A stretch of 63,785 bases of DNA, counting the filler, from Nemertoderma westbladi (Eukaryota > Animalia > Xenacoelomorpha), in the NCBI GenBank assembly GCA_032718475.1. It is 3 parts of 3 records of this genome, joined end to end, with 100 filler letters (N's around TTAATTAATTAA, not from the genome) between each part and the next. Parts side by side here need not be neighbours in the genome. Positions count along the whole stretch, not along the records: positions 1 to 29,266 come from JAUCBJ010005933.1; 2 more parts are not named here. The stretch is one strand, 5' to 3'. This document shows, piece after piece, positions 1-11,800 of the stretch. Within the stretch, counting starts at the first letter, position 1; the number at the start of each line of letters is the position of its first letter. The translations under genes were made by a program, and so were the position numbers. Under the pieces are notes generated by a model, which had not been told where the DNA came from, made no database searches, and saw nothing but the letters and a program-made list of their open reading frames with translations.

Positions 1-229
1 TACAATTATCAGATTATGCTTTCAGACATGTCAGAAAGAAGGCCTACTCTAAAAGCTCCAAACAGTGATATGAATTATATTACAGTATTAGGCCTACTGT
101 ATTATATAGGGCCTAGCCTAGTGATCTGAATTCTGAGCCTGACTGCTTAAAGACAAACTGCTGAACTGACAATGTTGCAATGGATCAATGTGTTTGGGGG
201 CCTCCACATACTATAGGCCTAAGTAACCC

Positions 230-335
230 ACGTCATTAACCAATTGCGGGAAAGGAACAGGTTACAGAGGCACTCTTTTCTAACCAAAACAATAAACGGC
301 CACTTTACCAATTGAGAGAAAGGAGCAGGTTACAG
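230..335 (-). repeat. Two dispersed copies of the 68-bp repeat motif that is amplified at 13283-14200
   Basis: AAAGGA(A/G)CAGGTTACAG and TAACCAAAACAATAAACG are reverse complements of parts of the 68-bp unit. Confidence 0.75.
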
Positions 336-1650
336 AACACTGCACCAGTACCGGTACTACTCCAGTACTCTGCTACTGTACAACTACCTACAGTACAGCA
401 GTACTGCAGTACCGGTACAGTACGGTACAGGTGGAGGCCCTGTGCCCTGATGCCTGAAACACGTTAGTCCTGCATCCTGCTGAATCAGTATCGACAATGC
501 GGTTTAACCAGGGATGTTAAAATAAAAACTTGTTTTATCTGAAATGGCCAGCTTTCTATCAGATCAGTACTAACAAATCACTATAATGTTGAAGAATAAC
601 TACTGCAATGCAGTATTTATTCATCAACATTATAAGCAGTAACTGCATACTGTTTAACTGGTGTAATATCGACGGAGCTCGGAGACACCTTTTTCCAACG
701 CTTGTCTGCTTGCTGTCTTGTAGCTAAAGAATGAAAGCGAAAATATAAATTCTGGCTTACCCAGCAAGATATTACAGTTTTACCCTCTGCCTGTATATGC
801 TCATCAAGCAGATAAAGAGAACTTGACATAGATTACTGGGTTATTATTGTATTGTTTCTTCCTTAGGATTGTTGGGGTTCAGAAAGGAGTGGAGTTGAGC
901 TTCGATTCAACATCACATTGTCATCTTCCAGACGTTTTGAAACGCAAATGTAAAGGGCGGCTCTATCTAACTCGTTACAGGGTTAGTTACATAAATTCAA
1001 TTAGTTCGACACTGTTCAGTTAGTTAGTGTTTGTGGGGTAGTTGGGTTTACCTTTAGATTTTATTTATTGCCGGTATTTATTTTACACGTATAATACGTC
1101 AGCTTATCTTATGGTGTTTAATTAATTATAATAAATATATTTTATGATAAATACATCTATAGATGGACATTATTACTCTGTTGGTGTATAAGTACACGTG
1201 TATCATCATCGCACCGCTCCTTTAAAAGGTAATAATCAGCTCTTTGAATGTTGAAGAATTTGCATAATATTTGTGGAGACAATTTTAAAGGAATTCGATT
1301 ACCTGGAGAATATTTTAGTATGGAGTACATATAATATTTTAACATCTTGTTTGCTAGCTATAATGTTGTGAATTTATTCAATATAATGTGTAAATGGCCC
1401 ATCTTTCAACGCTCATATCTCAACGAAATTCAGATTTGGTATCCTTGAAACACAAATTTTCTAATGAAACATACTGATTTTTAAACGCTAATAAATAAAC
1501 CCTTAAAGGGCTGTGCACAAATGATGTCAGGGTCAAAGGGGGGAGGGGGGTTGCAATTTTGTGACATTGGGGGGGGGGGGGGGGGGGGGGGGTAGCAATA
1601 CTTGTGACGTCACAATAGCACTTTGGTGAACAAATAAATTATATAACACC

Positions 1651-1870
1651 AACATCAACAGCCAAAGTGAAATCTATTCAAGTAATCGCGAATCGAGGTG
1701 ATGAAGTGCTAATTCTAAGTGGCGATAAAGATGAAGAACACCACATTGACTGGGTAGATAAGGACGAGGTAGAGTTAGACCCAGGAAGTGGCACAATAGT
1801 CGGTCGTATACCTGGTATACTTCCGGTGATTGATGTCGAAACTCAGATGTCGTCATTCCCATGGGAGTGA
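1651..1870 (+). CDS. Possible terminal coding exon of an unknown protein (ends LPVIDVETQMSSFPWE*)
   Basis: Open frame with protein-like, acidic composition in an AT-rich context; CAACAG acceptor-like site at about 1650; no family recognised. Confidence 0.3.
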
Positions 1871-2099
1871 ATATGCGGGGTGTTTAGTGTAATGTGTAAT
1901 GTGTCATTGTTTGTTAATTCGCCGAGATGGGATTTGATCAGGGATCAGCTCAATAGCCCCCCCCCCCCCCCCCCCCCCCCCCTGTCTCATTATATACTTG
2001 GTATGGTATTTTAAATATTAATTTTACCCGATACTTGTCCCTCTTTTCATCTTTTAAATATTTCCCACAATCGCCAGTTATGTACATATTGGCGATCCT

Positions 2100-5000
2100 G
2101 GCGGGATTAGATAAAGTACAGCTTTATACTTCTATATTTCCCTCTATAACATAGAGTTGTATGGCTATAAAACAGTAAGCAATTACAGACTCGTTCGTCA
2201 CCGGCGAGCTAAACGAAGTAGTGGGGGGTTAACAGTATATATTCGTGAACATTTATACCGCTATATTTTGGTAACTAATGACCCAAACTGCGAGGGTGTT
2301 GTTTGGTTGAAACTTCAGAAGGATAATTTTAACACAAACCATGACCTAAATATTTGTTGTATTTATATCCCTCCAGATTCTTCTAAAAGCCATGATAATG
2401 ACTCTAATGGCATGTTTCGTATTGTTGAGGACGCTATAGCCAGGCTACCCCCCGAATCTAGTGTTTTGCTAATAGGAGACTTGAATGCTAGAACGGGTTG
2501 TGAACCTGATTATATCGTAAACGATATATTTTCCCATGATTTTAGTAATTTGCTGCCGAATGATTATATATTTTTGATTCAGTTACTGAAAGATTTAGTT
2601 GTGATCATATATTGTTAATAGCCATGGCATGGAAAATATTTACTTTCGCTTTGTAAATCTAGTAGGCTCCGAATTTTTAACGGTAGAGTAGGGTGTGATA
2701 AGGGTGTTAGAGCACCTACTTATTTTTGTAATTCGGGTGCTGGTAACATCGGGTCATTCATCCGTTATAGATTATTGTATAGGTACGCCAGATTTACTGG
2801 TATCATGTAATACGTTTAGAATTGATGAGCCGAATTGTTACTCGCACCATGTACTATTGTCTGTTTCATTTTCATTGAAAGTGCCAACAAACTGCGAGCG
2901 AGTACAGGATATGTGTACACAATCCAATATTCCGAAACCAGGCGAGCAAAATGCTTTGAATCCGAGAGTTTTCTGGCCATCAGGTAATTCTGAAAGTGCA
3001 CGTAGGTTTAAAAGCAATTTGCAGACTGACTTCGTTATGGAAACATTCGATGATGTTTACGAATTGTTAACTTGTCTTGTAGTGAAATTAGTCCTAGTAG
3101 CATTGATTGTGCAGTGGAAAATTTACTAATGTACTATATGATTGTGCAATTTCTAGTGGGCCTGAAAAATGTAAAGCGCCGGGAAACAATAACTTTAATC
3201 CAGTTCCTAAAATTGGAGCGGTTTGGTTTGATTTTATCTGTGAGGCGGCAAAATTATCGTTTAATCACGCTTTAAATTAATGTTCAGGCAAATCGTAAAC
3301 ATTACCGCAAGGTGTTACGTCGAGTCGAGCAAGGTTTAATTTCAATAAACAAGAGTCAGAAAAAGTATTATATCTAAATAAAAATAATCCCAAAGATTTT
3401 TGGCGCAAGTTGAGAAGGTGCTGTAACAAGAATAGAAATGGGCCTGATAGCCCAAATTTGGACCAGTTTGAGAAATATTTTCGTGACTTGTCTTGTGGCG
3501 AAGGTTCTTTCGAAGATATGGGTGGCAGTAGTGCATCCACTTTTAATGTTGAACTTAGTAAGGAATGTTTTGAAGTACATTTAGGTATCCACTTTGAGGT
3601 GGACGTAGTAGCTGCTGCAATTTTGGCTTTAAAAAGGGGCAAAGCCCCAGGACAGGACCTGCTTATTAATGAATTTTTCATCGAAGGTGCCACTGAGTTG
3701 ACGCCGATAATTACATGCAATTTTAATGCGATATTTTACAAAGGATATTTCCCACAGGCCTGGGCCATTGGATTGTTAATGCCCTTGTATAAATCGGAAA
3801 GGCAGCGCTGCGGAAGCCTCTAACTATCGTGGTATTACATTGCTAAGCACATTGGGTAAATTATTAACTTCGTTAATTAATAGGCGTTTATATTGGTGGG
3901 TAGATTGTTTTGGTGCTATAACGGAGGCCCAGGCGGGTTTCCGACCTGGATATTCTACTGTAGACCATATAATTACGTTAAATTCCTTAATCGAGCGAGC
4001 ATTTTTTATATGGTAATAACTCAAAACGTAGACTATTTTGTGCTTTTATTGATTTTCAAAAGGCGTTCGACAAAGTAGATAGAACAGCTCTTTGGACTAA
4101 ATTAATAAATTTAGGTTTTTAACTGTCATCAAGAGTCTTTATAGTAATATTAGGTCTAAGGTAATTTATAATGATGAGATATCAGCCGAATTTTCGTGCT
4201 TATTAGGTGTATTACAAGGTGAAAGCCTCTCCCCTTTACTTTTTGCACTGTTTATCAATGATCTGGAATCCGAATTGAGATTAGGTGGGGTTAATGGTAT
4301 TAGTTTCGGTTATATTAAATTATTTTTGCTGTTATACGCAGATGTCATTGTACTAATATCTGATTCTCAAGTTGGATTACAAGCCTCTTTAGATATACTT
4401 CATTCGTACTGTAGCTACTGGCATATGGATGTAAACCTTGCTAAATCAGAAATTGTTGTTTTCAGAACCCTACCTAATAGTTGCAAATGGGTATTTGAAG
4501 TACAGGTATTTAATACGTGTACTTAGGGTTAACATTTAGTTGTAGCGGTAAATTTAATGCTGCCCAGTGACTACTAACCGACAAGGCAAACAAAGCCTTC
4601 TTCTCACTGCGTCGTTATTTTGTGCATTTTCCTAACCTTCCTTATTATACGGGTCGTTTTTTATTTGATGCTTTAATTAAACCCATACGGTGCTGAAGTG
4701 TGGTGTGGGGACACCCCCCTCAATAGAAATGGAACGCACTCCAACTAAAAGTTTTTGAAAAATTTTCTTGGTGTAAAAATGTCTACCCCAAATTTTGCAG
4801 TTTACGGCGAGACCGGTTCGTTTCCATTATCTATTGACAGAAAATAAAGAACGATAAAATATTGGTTAAAGGTACTGAATATGAATAGCGATAGATTACC
4901 GAAAGTTGCATATACACTGTTTTGTACAATGACCTGTCAATCAACAATCTAGTTAAAAACTGGGTGTCATATATTCGTGATATTTTATACACCACTGGTT

Positions 5001-5600
5001 ATAACTATGTGTGGGATCAGCAATCAGTTGATGTGCCGGCAAGACATTTTATTTCGAAAATCAAATTGCGGCTACAGGACCAATACAAACAATTGTGGTG
5101 GAGTGAAATTGGTAATAGCTCGAAGGGTAACCTTTATTTTGTTTCACATTTTGGTGCAATACCGTACCTTGATACATTACGTAATCACATAATACTGCGC
5201 AAACGCATCTCACAGATTCGGTGTTCTTCATCTCATCAGTTAGAAATTGAGCGTGGTCGTTGGTACAATGTAGAATGCTCTAACCGATTTTGTCAAATGT
5301 GCAATAACGATAGTATAGAAGATGAGTTTCATTTCCTTTTAGAATGCAGTGCTTAGCTTAGCAGTTTGCTTAGTGTTGAGAGTAAAATATCTTAGAAATT
5401 ACTTCTCAAGGTACCCCACCAAATTAAAATTATCCAAATTTTATGCATGTTTATATAAAGACTCTGCTAAAAAAAATGGTGAATCTAGGCTTATCTATAA
5501 TTTATGCTTTTTTGAGAAGAAAAGCTTTTTTGCTCTGCTGGGCCATTCTGTTATATTATAATCCGGTAATTGTATTTAATAATGAATAAATTCATATCTA
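2100..5600 (+). mobile_element. Degenerate non-LTR retrotransposon ORF2 (APE endonuclease, RT, C-terminal zinc motif), RTEX-like
   Basis: Collinear motifs across shifted frames: SGGLTVYIR, CIYIPP, IGDLNARTG, SVIDY (APE); KAPGQD, NYRGITLLS, QAGFRPGYST, FIDFQKAFDKV, GVLQGESLSPLLF, LLYADV (RT, second catalytic Asp lost); HQLEIERGRW and CQMC...EDEFHFLLEC. Many stops and frameshifts. Confidence 0.9.
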
Positions 5601-5832
5601 GTCTAATTTAAGTACTGTATACTGGAATTGTGCAATTTTAAGTAGACCCTTAATTGGGTACAGTTAATTAATTAATTATACTACTTAAGGTTAAGAGTAC
5701 ATATTAAAAAAAATATATTAAATTATTTTAGTTTTATTCGCCAAAGTAAGAGGCCATCCATAAGTGACGTCACGCTGTGGGGGGGGGGGGGGGGGGGGGG
5801 GTGGGGGGGGTAGCGTATACCGCCTATACCAC

Positions 5833-5885
5833 AGTACTCTGCGTTGATACCACTGCTTTAAGCAGTGGTATCAACGCAGAGTACT
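5833..5885. other. Library adapter artefact: inverted pair of AAGCAGTGGTATCAACGCAGAGTACT (SMART / PacBio ultra-low-input adapter)
   Basis: 5833-5858 is the exact reverse complement of the adapter, then one T, then the exact adapter at 5860-5885. Confidence 0.97.
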
Positions 5886-6232
5886 AATTTAATTAGTTTA
5901 TGCTGAACACAGAATACAGGTCAACGCATGTCGATTGTAGAACAACGAGCCACTGTTACACATACCTTTCCCTAAATCTACTATTAAACCTGAAATAGGA
6001 CAAAAATTACCCGCAATATTACTCCTCAATAAACCTAGATATATATTCTGTCACCTTAATTGGTTTCTGAATCTGAAACTAGTTTAATATTATGATCTAC
6101 GTGGTGACAAGGTCATGTTATATCTTACTTAAATAATCAATCTAATCGGATCATCGTACTGCCTCCCCCTCTCATTGCAACGGCTCTCCTATATACTCGC
6201 ACAACCTACAACCCGATAAATGGGTAGTTTAC

Positions 6233-6460
6233 CTGGAAGAATTCTTCCACAGCCTTTTTACCGTGAGCAACAGGTCTAAAGGGTGGCATCATTCGGCAGT
6301 CATTCGCATAGTAGTGATCCTTAATCGTGTTGAATTCTTTCTCTCTGAACAATCGGCAATGTCCGAAAGCGAGTCCCTCCGCTACATCTCGTAACGGCTG
6401 TTTACCTCCCGCCACATTCATGGGTTTCAGTAGCTCTTCGTTGATATCAGCCGTAGTCAT
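6233..6460 (-). CDS. First coding exon (76 aa) of a probable NTF2/SnoaL-like (DUF4440-type) protein; later exons not seen
   Basis: ATG at 6460; YYANDCRMMPPFRPVAHGKKAVEEFF resembles the Y..D...MPP..P...G..A...F pattern of NTF2-like DUF4440 proteins; phase-0 donor CAG|GTAAAC at 6233/6232. Confidence 0.65.
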
Positions 6461-8459
6461 GGTAATATTATATAAAATTTACTTCGGAATTTAATATTTT
6501 TTCAAAACACGTAGGCCTATCATAAAAATTATTATTCTTAAATTGATACTTTTTCGCTCGAATATACACCCATGTCGGTAGAAAAAGGAGTACTATTTTC
6601 CCTAGGGAAAAAAATACCCCATAGGATTGCATTGATTTTACATAATTTCCCGGCCATAAAAAGTAAATAAAAATATTTTTGGAGAATTTCTTAAATTTTA
6701 TTTTATGTGATTAAAGAGAATCGAAGTAGAAAATTCTGCATGTAATTTGAGCAAATTCCATTCTCACACTCCAAAGTTATTGCAATTTTAGTGTCTGCAA
6801 GGCGAACTCCAAAACGGAACTCAATATCCAATATTGGTTTATGTTGTTAAGCGGTTCTACTGTAGTTACGTAATAAATATTCGAGAACACTAAATTATTT
6901 ATTATTGAGTAAGGCAGCAGCAGAAGTTGAAGAGTACAATAATTTGAATCGCAGTAACTATGGAAGCAATAAAGTAAAATACTACAGTTCAATTTATTTT
7001 GTAACATTTATACAGCGTTTTATCTTTCATTAAAGAAAAATAATTAATCAACAAAAAAAGTACCAATTTAACAATAAAATTACGTATTCCATGGGAAAAA
7101 ACGTAAGTATATCTGAGATGAAGAAAAATGATAAAAAGTATAACTTTTTTCCATGAAATAAATAATACCGGTATTATTAATCTAAAATAAGCCGATATAT
7201 ATTTTAATATTTATTGTTTTGTGTGCATTAAATATACGTAACCATTCATTAAAACTACTGCCGGTGTAAAAAAAATATATGATGATTACACTCTACAACA
7301 ACACCCTAAAGGAATAACAATGACAATAACATTGCATCATGTACAGTACAAGCCAAGCTAATATTACAGATCCCATACTGAGAGGAAAATAATAAATGCT
7401 GAAAAAATCATTGACTATTGATTAGGACTAACAAAGCAAAGGAGGGAATTCTCTATGTTGTCATTCCTCGTATAAGATCCAATGTTGTAGTTATTGCGGG
7501 AGATGTTTACAATAATAATGTTATGCTTTACGCAGATACTAAAGTGCAAAATTGTAAAGCCAGATCATCTTAAATATAAAGAGTGTCTTTTATTTTCACT
7601 TAGCAGTACTTAAATCATATATAATAATAATAATCATATATAAATCTGCTCAGTTTGTATGTATTGTATGTCCATCGATACACGTCGTCAGATTTCGCTC
7701 TCATTCCTTGCTTTGTGGCTCATTCGATGCGTATTAACACGATGCAGACAGCTGTCACTGTCTCCGGGTGTTATTTTACACGTTTATTGTTTGCGTGAGG
7801 TCGAGGTAGGCCTAGCAGTTCAGTCCTGTAGTCTGCCACTGTACACCTTGGGGCTTCTTTTGGCTCTGCACGTCTATTTGATGCATATCGTCGTAAGCAC
7901 GTGAGCCTGAACCGTCATTATCTCGAAGCTAATTTTCCGCATATGCCCAGCCCAGATGCCTGTATGCCCTTGGTGAATGCGTATTTGTGGTCAAATTGGG
8001 CTATTCTGTAGTCGTTTTCGGCCAAATTGCTGGTCAACAGGCAGGAAATAATAGTATTACTGTAAAAAGAAGTATTACTGTTCTGTATTACATCAGTTGC
8101 ACCATCAGACTCAGTCTGTTCTAACTGACACTTTGCAGATATATACCTGACCATAAGTTTGGAAGGACACTGACCAGTCTGCGTTTCTCCAGTCTACCGC
8201 AAGGTGGCGAAATATCTGAAAGTGAACATCTTCTCCAACTTTGTTATTTACAATCCCTTTAGTACTGATCCTTGCTAGCATCTACTACAGCATATCGGCT
8301 GTATCTTTACAGAAATGCAGCGCCGTCTGCATTACACCAGTCTGCAGGTAGACTGTGAAATTTCTGAAAGTTAACATTTTCTCGAACTTTTGTTATTTAC
8401 TTACAATTGCTGTTAAGCTGAAACTTGACAGTTATCTCCTACGGGGTGGGGTTTTACTG

Positions 8460-8990
8460 TACACCATAACCCTTAATACAACAACCATTTTTAGGGGGTC
8501 GGAGCCGCTCCCCTCCCTAATATTTTCAAATTCCAATAAAATGCTACAAAATTTGGTATGATGATAGATCGACACCTTTTCTTACTGGTGGCCAGGCCGG
8601 ATTTTTTAATTTATGACCTATTTCGATACAACAAGCCGTAAAAATCGTCTATTTCGAAATATTTAGCCACCTCCATCGGCTTTATTTTTTGTCTTTGGAA
8701 TGAGATCTAGATATCATTAGAACCACCTTCATCTGCAAATTCCAAATCTGAAATCCGTTGTAAATTTAACCAAGAACTTCCGGAGATATTATCAAAATAC
8801 TAAGGTGTAGATATTTATGACGTAAATCGCTATAATTCTAATGTTTTATTTACTCAATTCTAGAATATTAATTATGGGTAATGAAAAAACAAGATAGAGA
8901 GTTTTAAAGGCTCAGATAAATAATAATTAATATTCTAGAATAAAGACAACAAAACATCAGAATTATAGCGATTTTGGTCTCTAAATTTAG
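8460..8990 (+). mobile_element. Non-autonomous DNA transposon fragment (TA-flanked, Tc1/mariner-like end); same family as 52870-53277
   Basis: End TACACCATAACCCTTAATACAAC and internal blocks (ATGCTACAAAATTTGGTATGAT; AGAACCACCTTCATCTGCA) match 52870-53277 in inverted orientation. Confidence 0.6.
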
Positions 8991-8994
8991 GTAA

Positions 8995-10330
8995 GATTTG
9001 ATGCACAGTTACGTTTTATTAGTTGGAAGGCCATGTTTCCTTTACTGCATTTTTCAGTTACGTGTGCGGTCCAGGTAATATTCGATGAGAAGGTGACTCC
9101 CAGATCTTTTTCTGAGGTGGTTCGTTCTATTCTGGTTCTTTCTGTAGTAGTTTAGCCCGCTTTTCTGGGGGTAATGTAACTACTACGGGTTGCGAGTTGT
9201 TTTCTCGTAGTTTCCCCACACGTTTAAAGTTTATATCGTTCTCTTCTAGTGTGACATTGAGAGTAGAGGCGATGTCGATAATAAGATCTTTGTCATTATC
9301 TTGCGGACTGGAACCGGATATAACGATGTTTGATCTGCGTTTATTTTGTTCAGATTCTTCGTGTTTTAGTTGCCGTGTTAGTATAGCGAGGTTTGTTGTA
9401 TTGTTTGGTTTTTTGCAGCGGGAATATGACACGTTTTTCAACGTGCCAAGCTTCATTACTTGTTGTATCACCATTAGTAGTCGTATTTTCAGTCGTGCGA
9501 TTACTGGCAGCGGATTTTAAATCTTCGAGTTCTAGGTCTATATCATCGTGTTTCTTTTGTAGCTCTTCGATGTTACTTTCTGTCTCAACCCTAAGGTTCT
9601 TGAAAGCATTCTCCATAGCTCGTCTATTATCTTTGATCTGTACCTCCAAGATCATAGATCGAGAATCGAAGTCATTTACTTGTCCATGGAGTTTTGTTAT
9701 ATTGTGGTCTACTCGCAGTTCCAAGGCTTCCATTTCCTTTGATAAATTAGATAAACGACAACCAACACATTTTCCGCAGTAGAAGTCGATGCGACCAAAA
9801 TCCGTCCCTATCTTTACGATGCAAATCATCGATACATCGCAATTGGAGCCAGAGCAACTCACCTCAATCTCAGTTAGTCCATCGTCACGATTTGCTGTGG
9901 GATCCGCTACCGATTTAGTAGTTGCTGTGACCAAATTTGACGATTTCCCGCTTATCCTTTTGTTTTCTTCTTTTGATTGTTTGTGTAGTTGAGATTTCGG
10001 CTCGTTTATATTGGGGTTCCCAGCTGCAACTCCAATAATGCTGAGACGACGAGAAGATAAGGACATACTTTGACGATGGTTGTCATTGCTGTTATTGTTT
10101 CTTTTCCGCTGCGACGACATTCTTAAAGTAGTAGATACTAATCCAGATCGGCCCAAAGGGTGCCAGATATAAATTAATTTGTAGTACCGGTAAATCAAAT
10201 AAAAAGTATGTCGCCGGTCCACGGTAAACAGTTTAGTTATACAGTTTAGCAATAACAATATAATTAACAATGGAGTAGAATTAAACAATCAATGTTAACA
10301 ATCAAACATATCCAACAGATACCAAGTTTA
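8995..10330 (-). mobile_element. Internally deleted CR1/L2-type LINE: frameshifted ORF1 joined directly to the post-RT part of ORF2
   Basis: ORF1-like Cys finger (CSGSNC...FYCGKC), coiled coil and RRSNIVISG...FKRVGK...QPVVVT (ORF1 RRM-like), followed at once (about 9130-9000) by EKDLGVTFSSNITWTAHVTEKCSKGNMAFQLIKRN. Confidence 0.8.
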
Positions 10331-10604
10331 AGCTGTATGATGGACTCCATATAGGATATAGGATTACGAAATGATTGCACATATACATTATAAGTGATAT
10401 AAACTGCATAAATTATATTATTTCCTGTAAAAATAAATATAAAAATGACATAAATTATGTTATAAATAAGTTGCTTATATTTATGGTGGCGTTTGAAGCC
10501 ATGTTATAATAATATAGCTAGGCCCTAGTGGTTATTAATAGCTATACCCCGCCTACCGGTAGGTAATGCAGTAGGACTATTTGGCTGTCACGAAAATTTC
10601 CCCC

Positions 10605-10695
10605 TATTGTTTACGTGGTATCCAATGACGGCGTTAAGTAATGTCCCCTTAGTGGACATTACTTAAACCCGTCATGGGTTACCACGTAAACAATA
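10605..10695. repeat. 91-bp near-perfect foldback hairpin
   Basis: Nested arms TATTGTTTACGTGGTA/TACCACGTAAACAATA, ATGACGG/CCGTCAT and TTAAGTAATGTCC/GGACATTACTTAA around a 7-nt loop. Confidence 0.9.
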
Positions 10696-10949
10696 ACACC
10701 AAATAAAATACTAAATTTACAGGCCAATACAATGCTGTAATGTCCTAGAAAGTTGGAAAGTGCTAAATAACAATTCGCTGTTAATACTATCGGCGTTGAG
10801 TAATGTTACAATTTTGGAATAAAGATATTTTGTTGAGTGGAACACTCATAGGGCGTTTAAGTGTGGAAGTCTTGTAACTGTTCTTAGTTCAGTTCCAGTG
10901 CTTTCTTGTATTCTTTTTATATGATACGGAGAGCATAATTTTGTATTTA

Positions 10950-11470
10950 ATTGTGGTAGGGCATTACGAGTGTTTTATACAGCATTAGTTTCGTTAATAG
11001 AGGTAGTTGTCCTTTTATCTGTCTTAGTAATGATATTGTCATAAACATTTATTGCTGGGTTGTATGTAGTTGTTCCTTTCATGATATTTTATTATGGAGG
11101 AATTCTCGCGCTATCGTCACCGGCGTGGTAATCATATTCTTGATACAACATACAATAAATTGTGGCAACTTTTGTTTGATGTTAGTCTGGGTCTCTCTTG
11201 TAATAACTGTTGTTATTCATTTCATTAGTCATCTGTGGTCAACCCGCTCAACCCCAAACTGTATCGATTTTTATTATCTATAATAACCCCCAGATATTTA
11301 ATTTCTGTTGATTGGTCAATTATTTTATTGTTTAAGATTAAATTTAGGCTATTTATCTCAGGTGTTCGTGGTTTTGGGCTTCGTAGTAACAGTACTGTTT
11401 TAGTCTGTGTTATTGATTTGAATAGCTGTTCTATTATTTGTTTGTGTAGTTTATCTACAGCTAGAGGTTT
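10950..11470 (-). mobile_element. Highly degraded L2/CR1-type LINE ORF2 3' fragment
   Basis: Minus-strand translations IDQSTEIKYLGVIIDNK (about 11320-11270) and RQIKGQLPLLTKLMLYKTLVMP (about 11025-10960). Confidence 0.6.
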
Positions 11471-11651
11471 TGGTTCTCTGGACGCCAGAAGAAATTATTA
11501 CAGTTCTCTGATCACTGTACGATGGTTCCACCACATTAGTGTCTCCTGCTGATGGTGGCGACAGGGATCCATTCGAAGTCTTATGGGGAGTCCTTCACGG
11601 TGACACACTTGCACTCTTTTTATTAGTAATTGTGATTGACTGACTATGTTA

Positions 11652-11800
11652 TACGCATGTCCTTAGATCATCATAATGATTATGGGTGATGATAACTCCA
11701 CCTACTGTACTGCCACAAATAAATAAATCCATTAAATTACCTTACTGATCTAGAATTTGCTGATGACTTAGGGGTACCTGTACTGTCAGAATCACTCGGA
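11652..11800 (+). mobile_element. Small RT fragment of the RTE-like family at 51095-52070
   Basis: GCATGTCCTTAGATCATCATAATGA...GATGATAACTCCACCTACTG and ACTGATCTAGAATTTGCTGATGACTTAGG closely match the reverse complement of 51830-51955. Confidence 0.75.

Noticed and set aside
617-829. Possible tyrosine-recombinase remnant (FRFHSL, then KTASRQALEKGVS after a frameshift)
   Set aside because: Needs a frameshift and no other catalytic motifs are visible; too weak without a profile search
1504-1620. Poly-G tracts with TGACGTCAC (CRE-site-like), also at 5750-5810, as regulatory modules
   Set aside because: They recur with similar flanks, as expected for ends of a dispersed non-autonomous element; no evidence of promoter function
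5833-5885. Perfect 53-bp palindrome as a biological cruciform or hairpin
   Set aside because: Exact match to a synthetic library adapter
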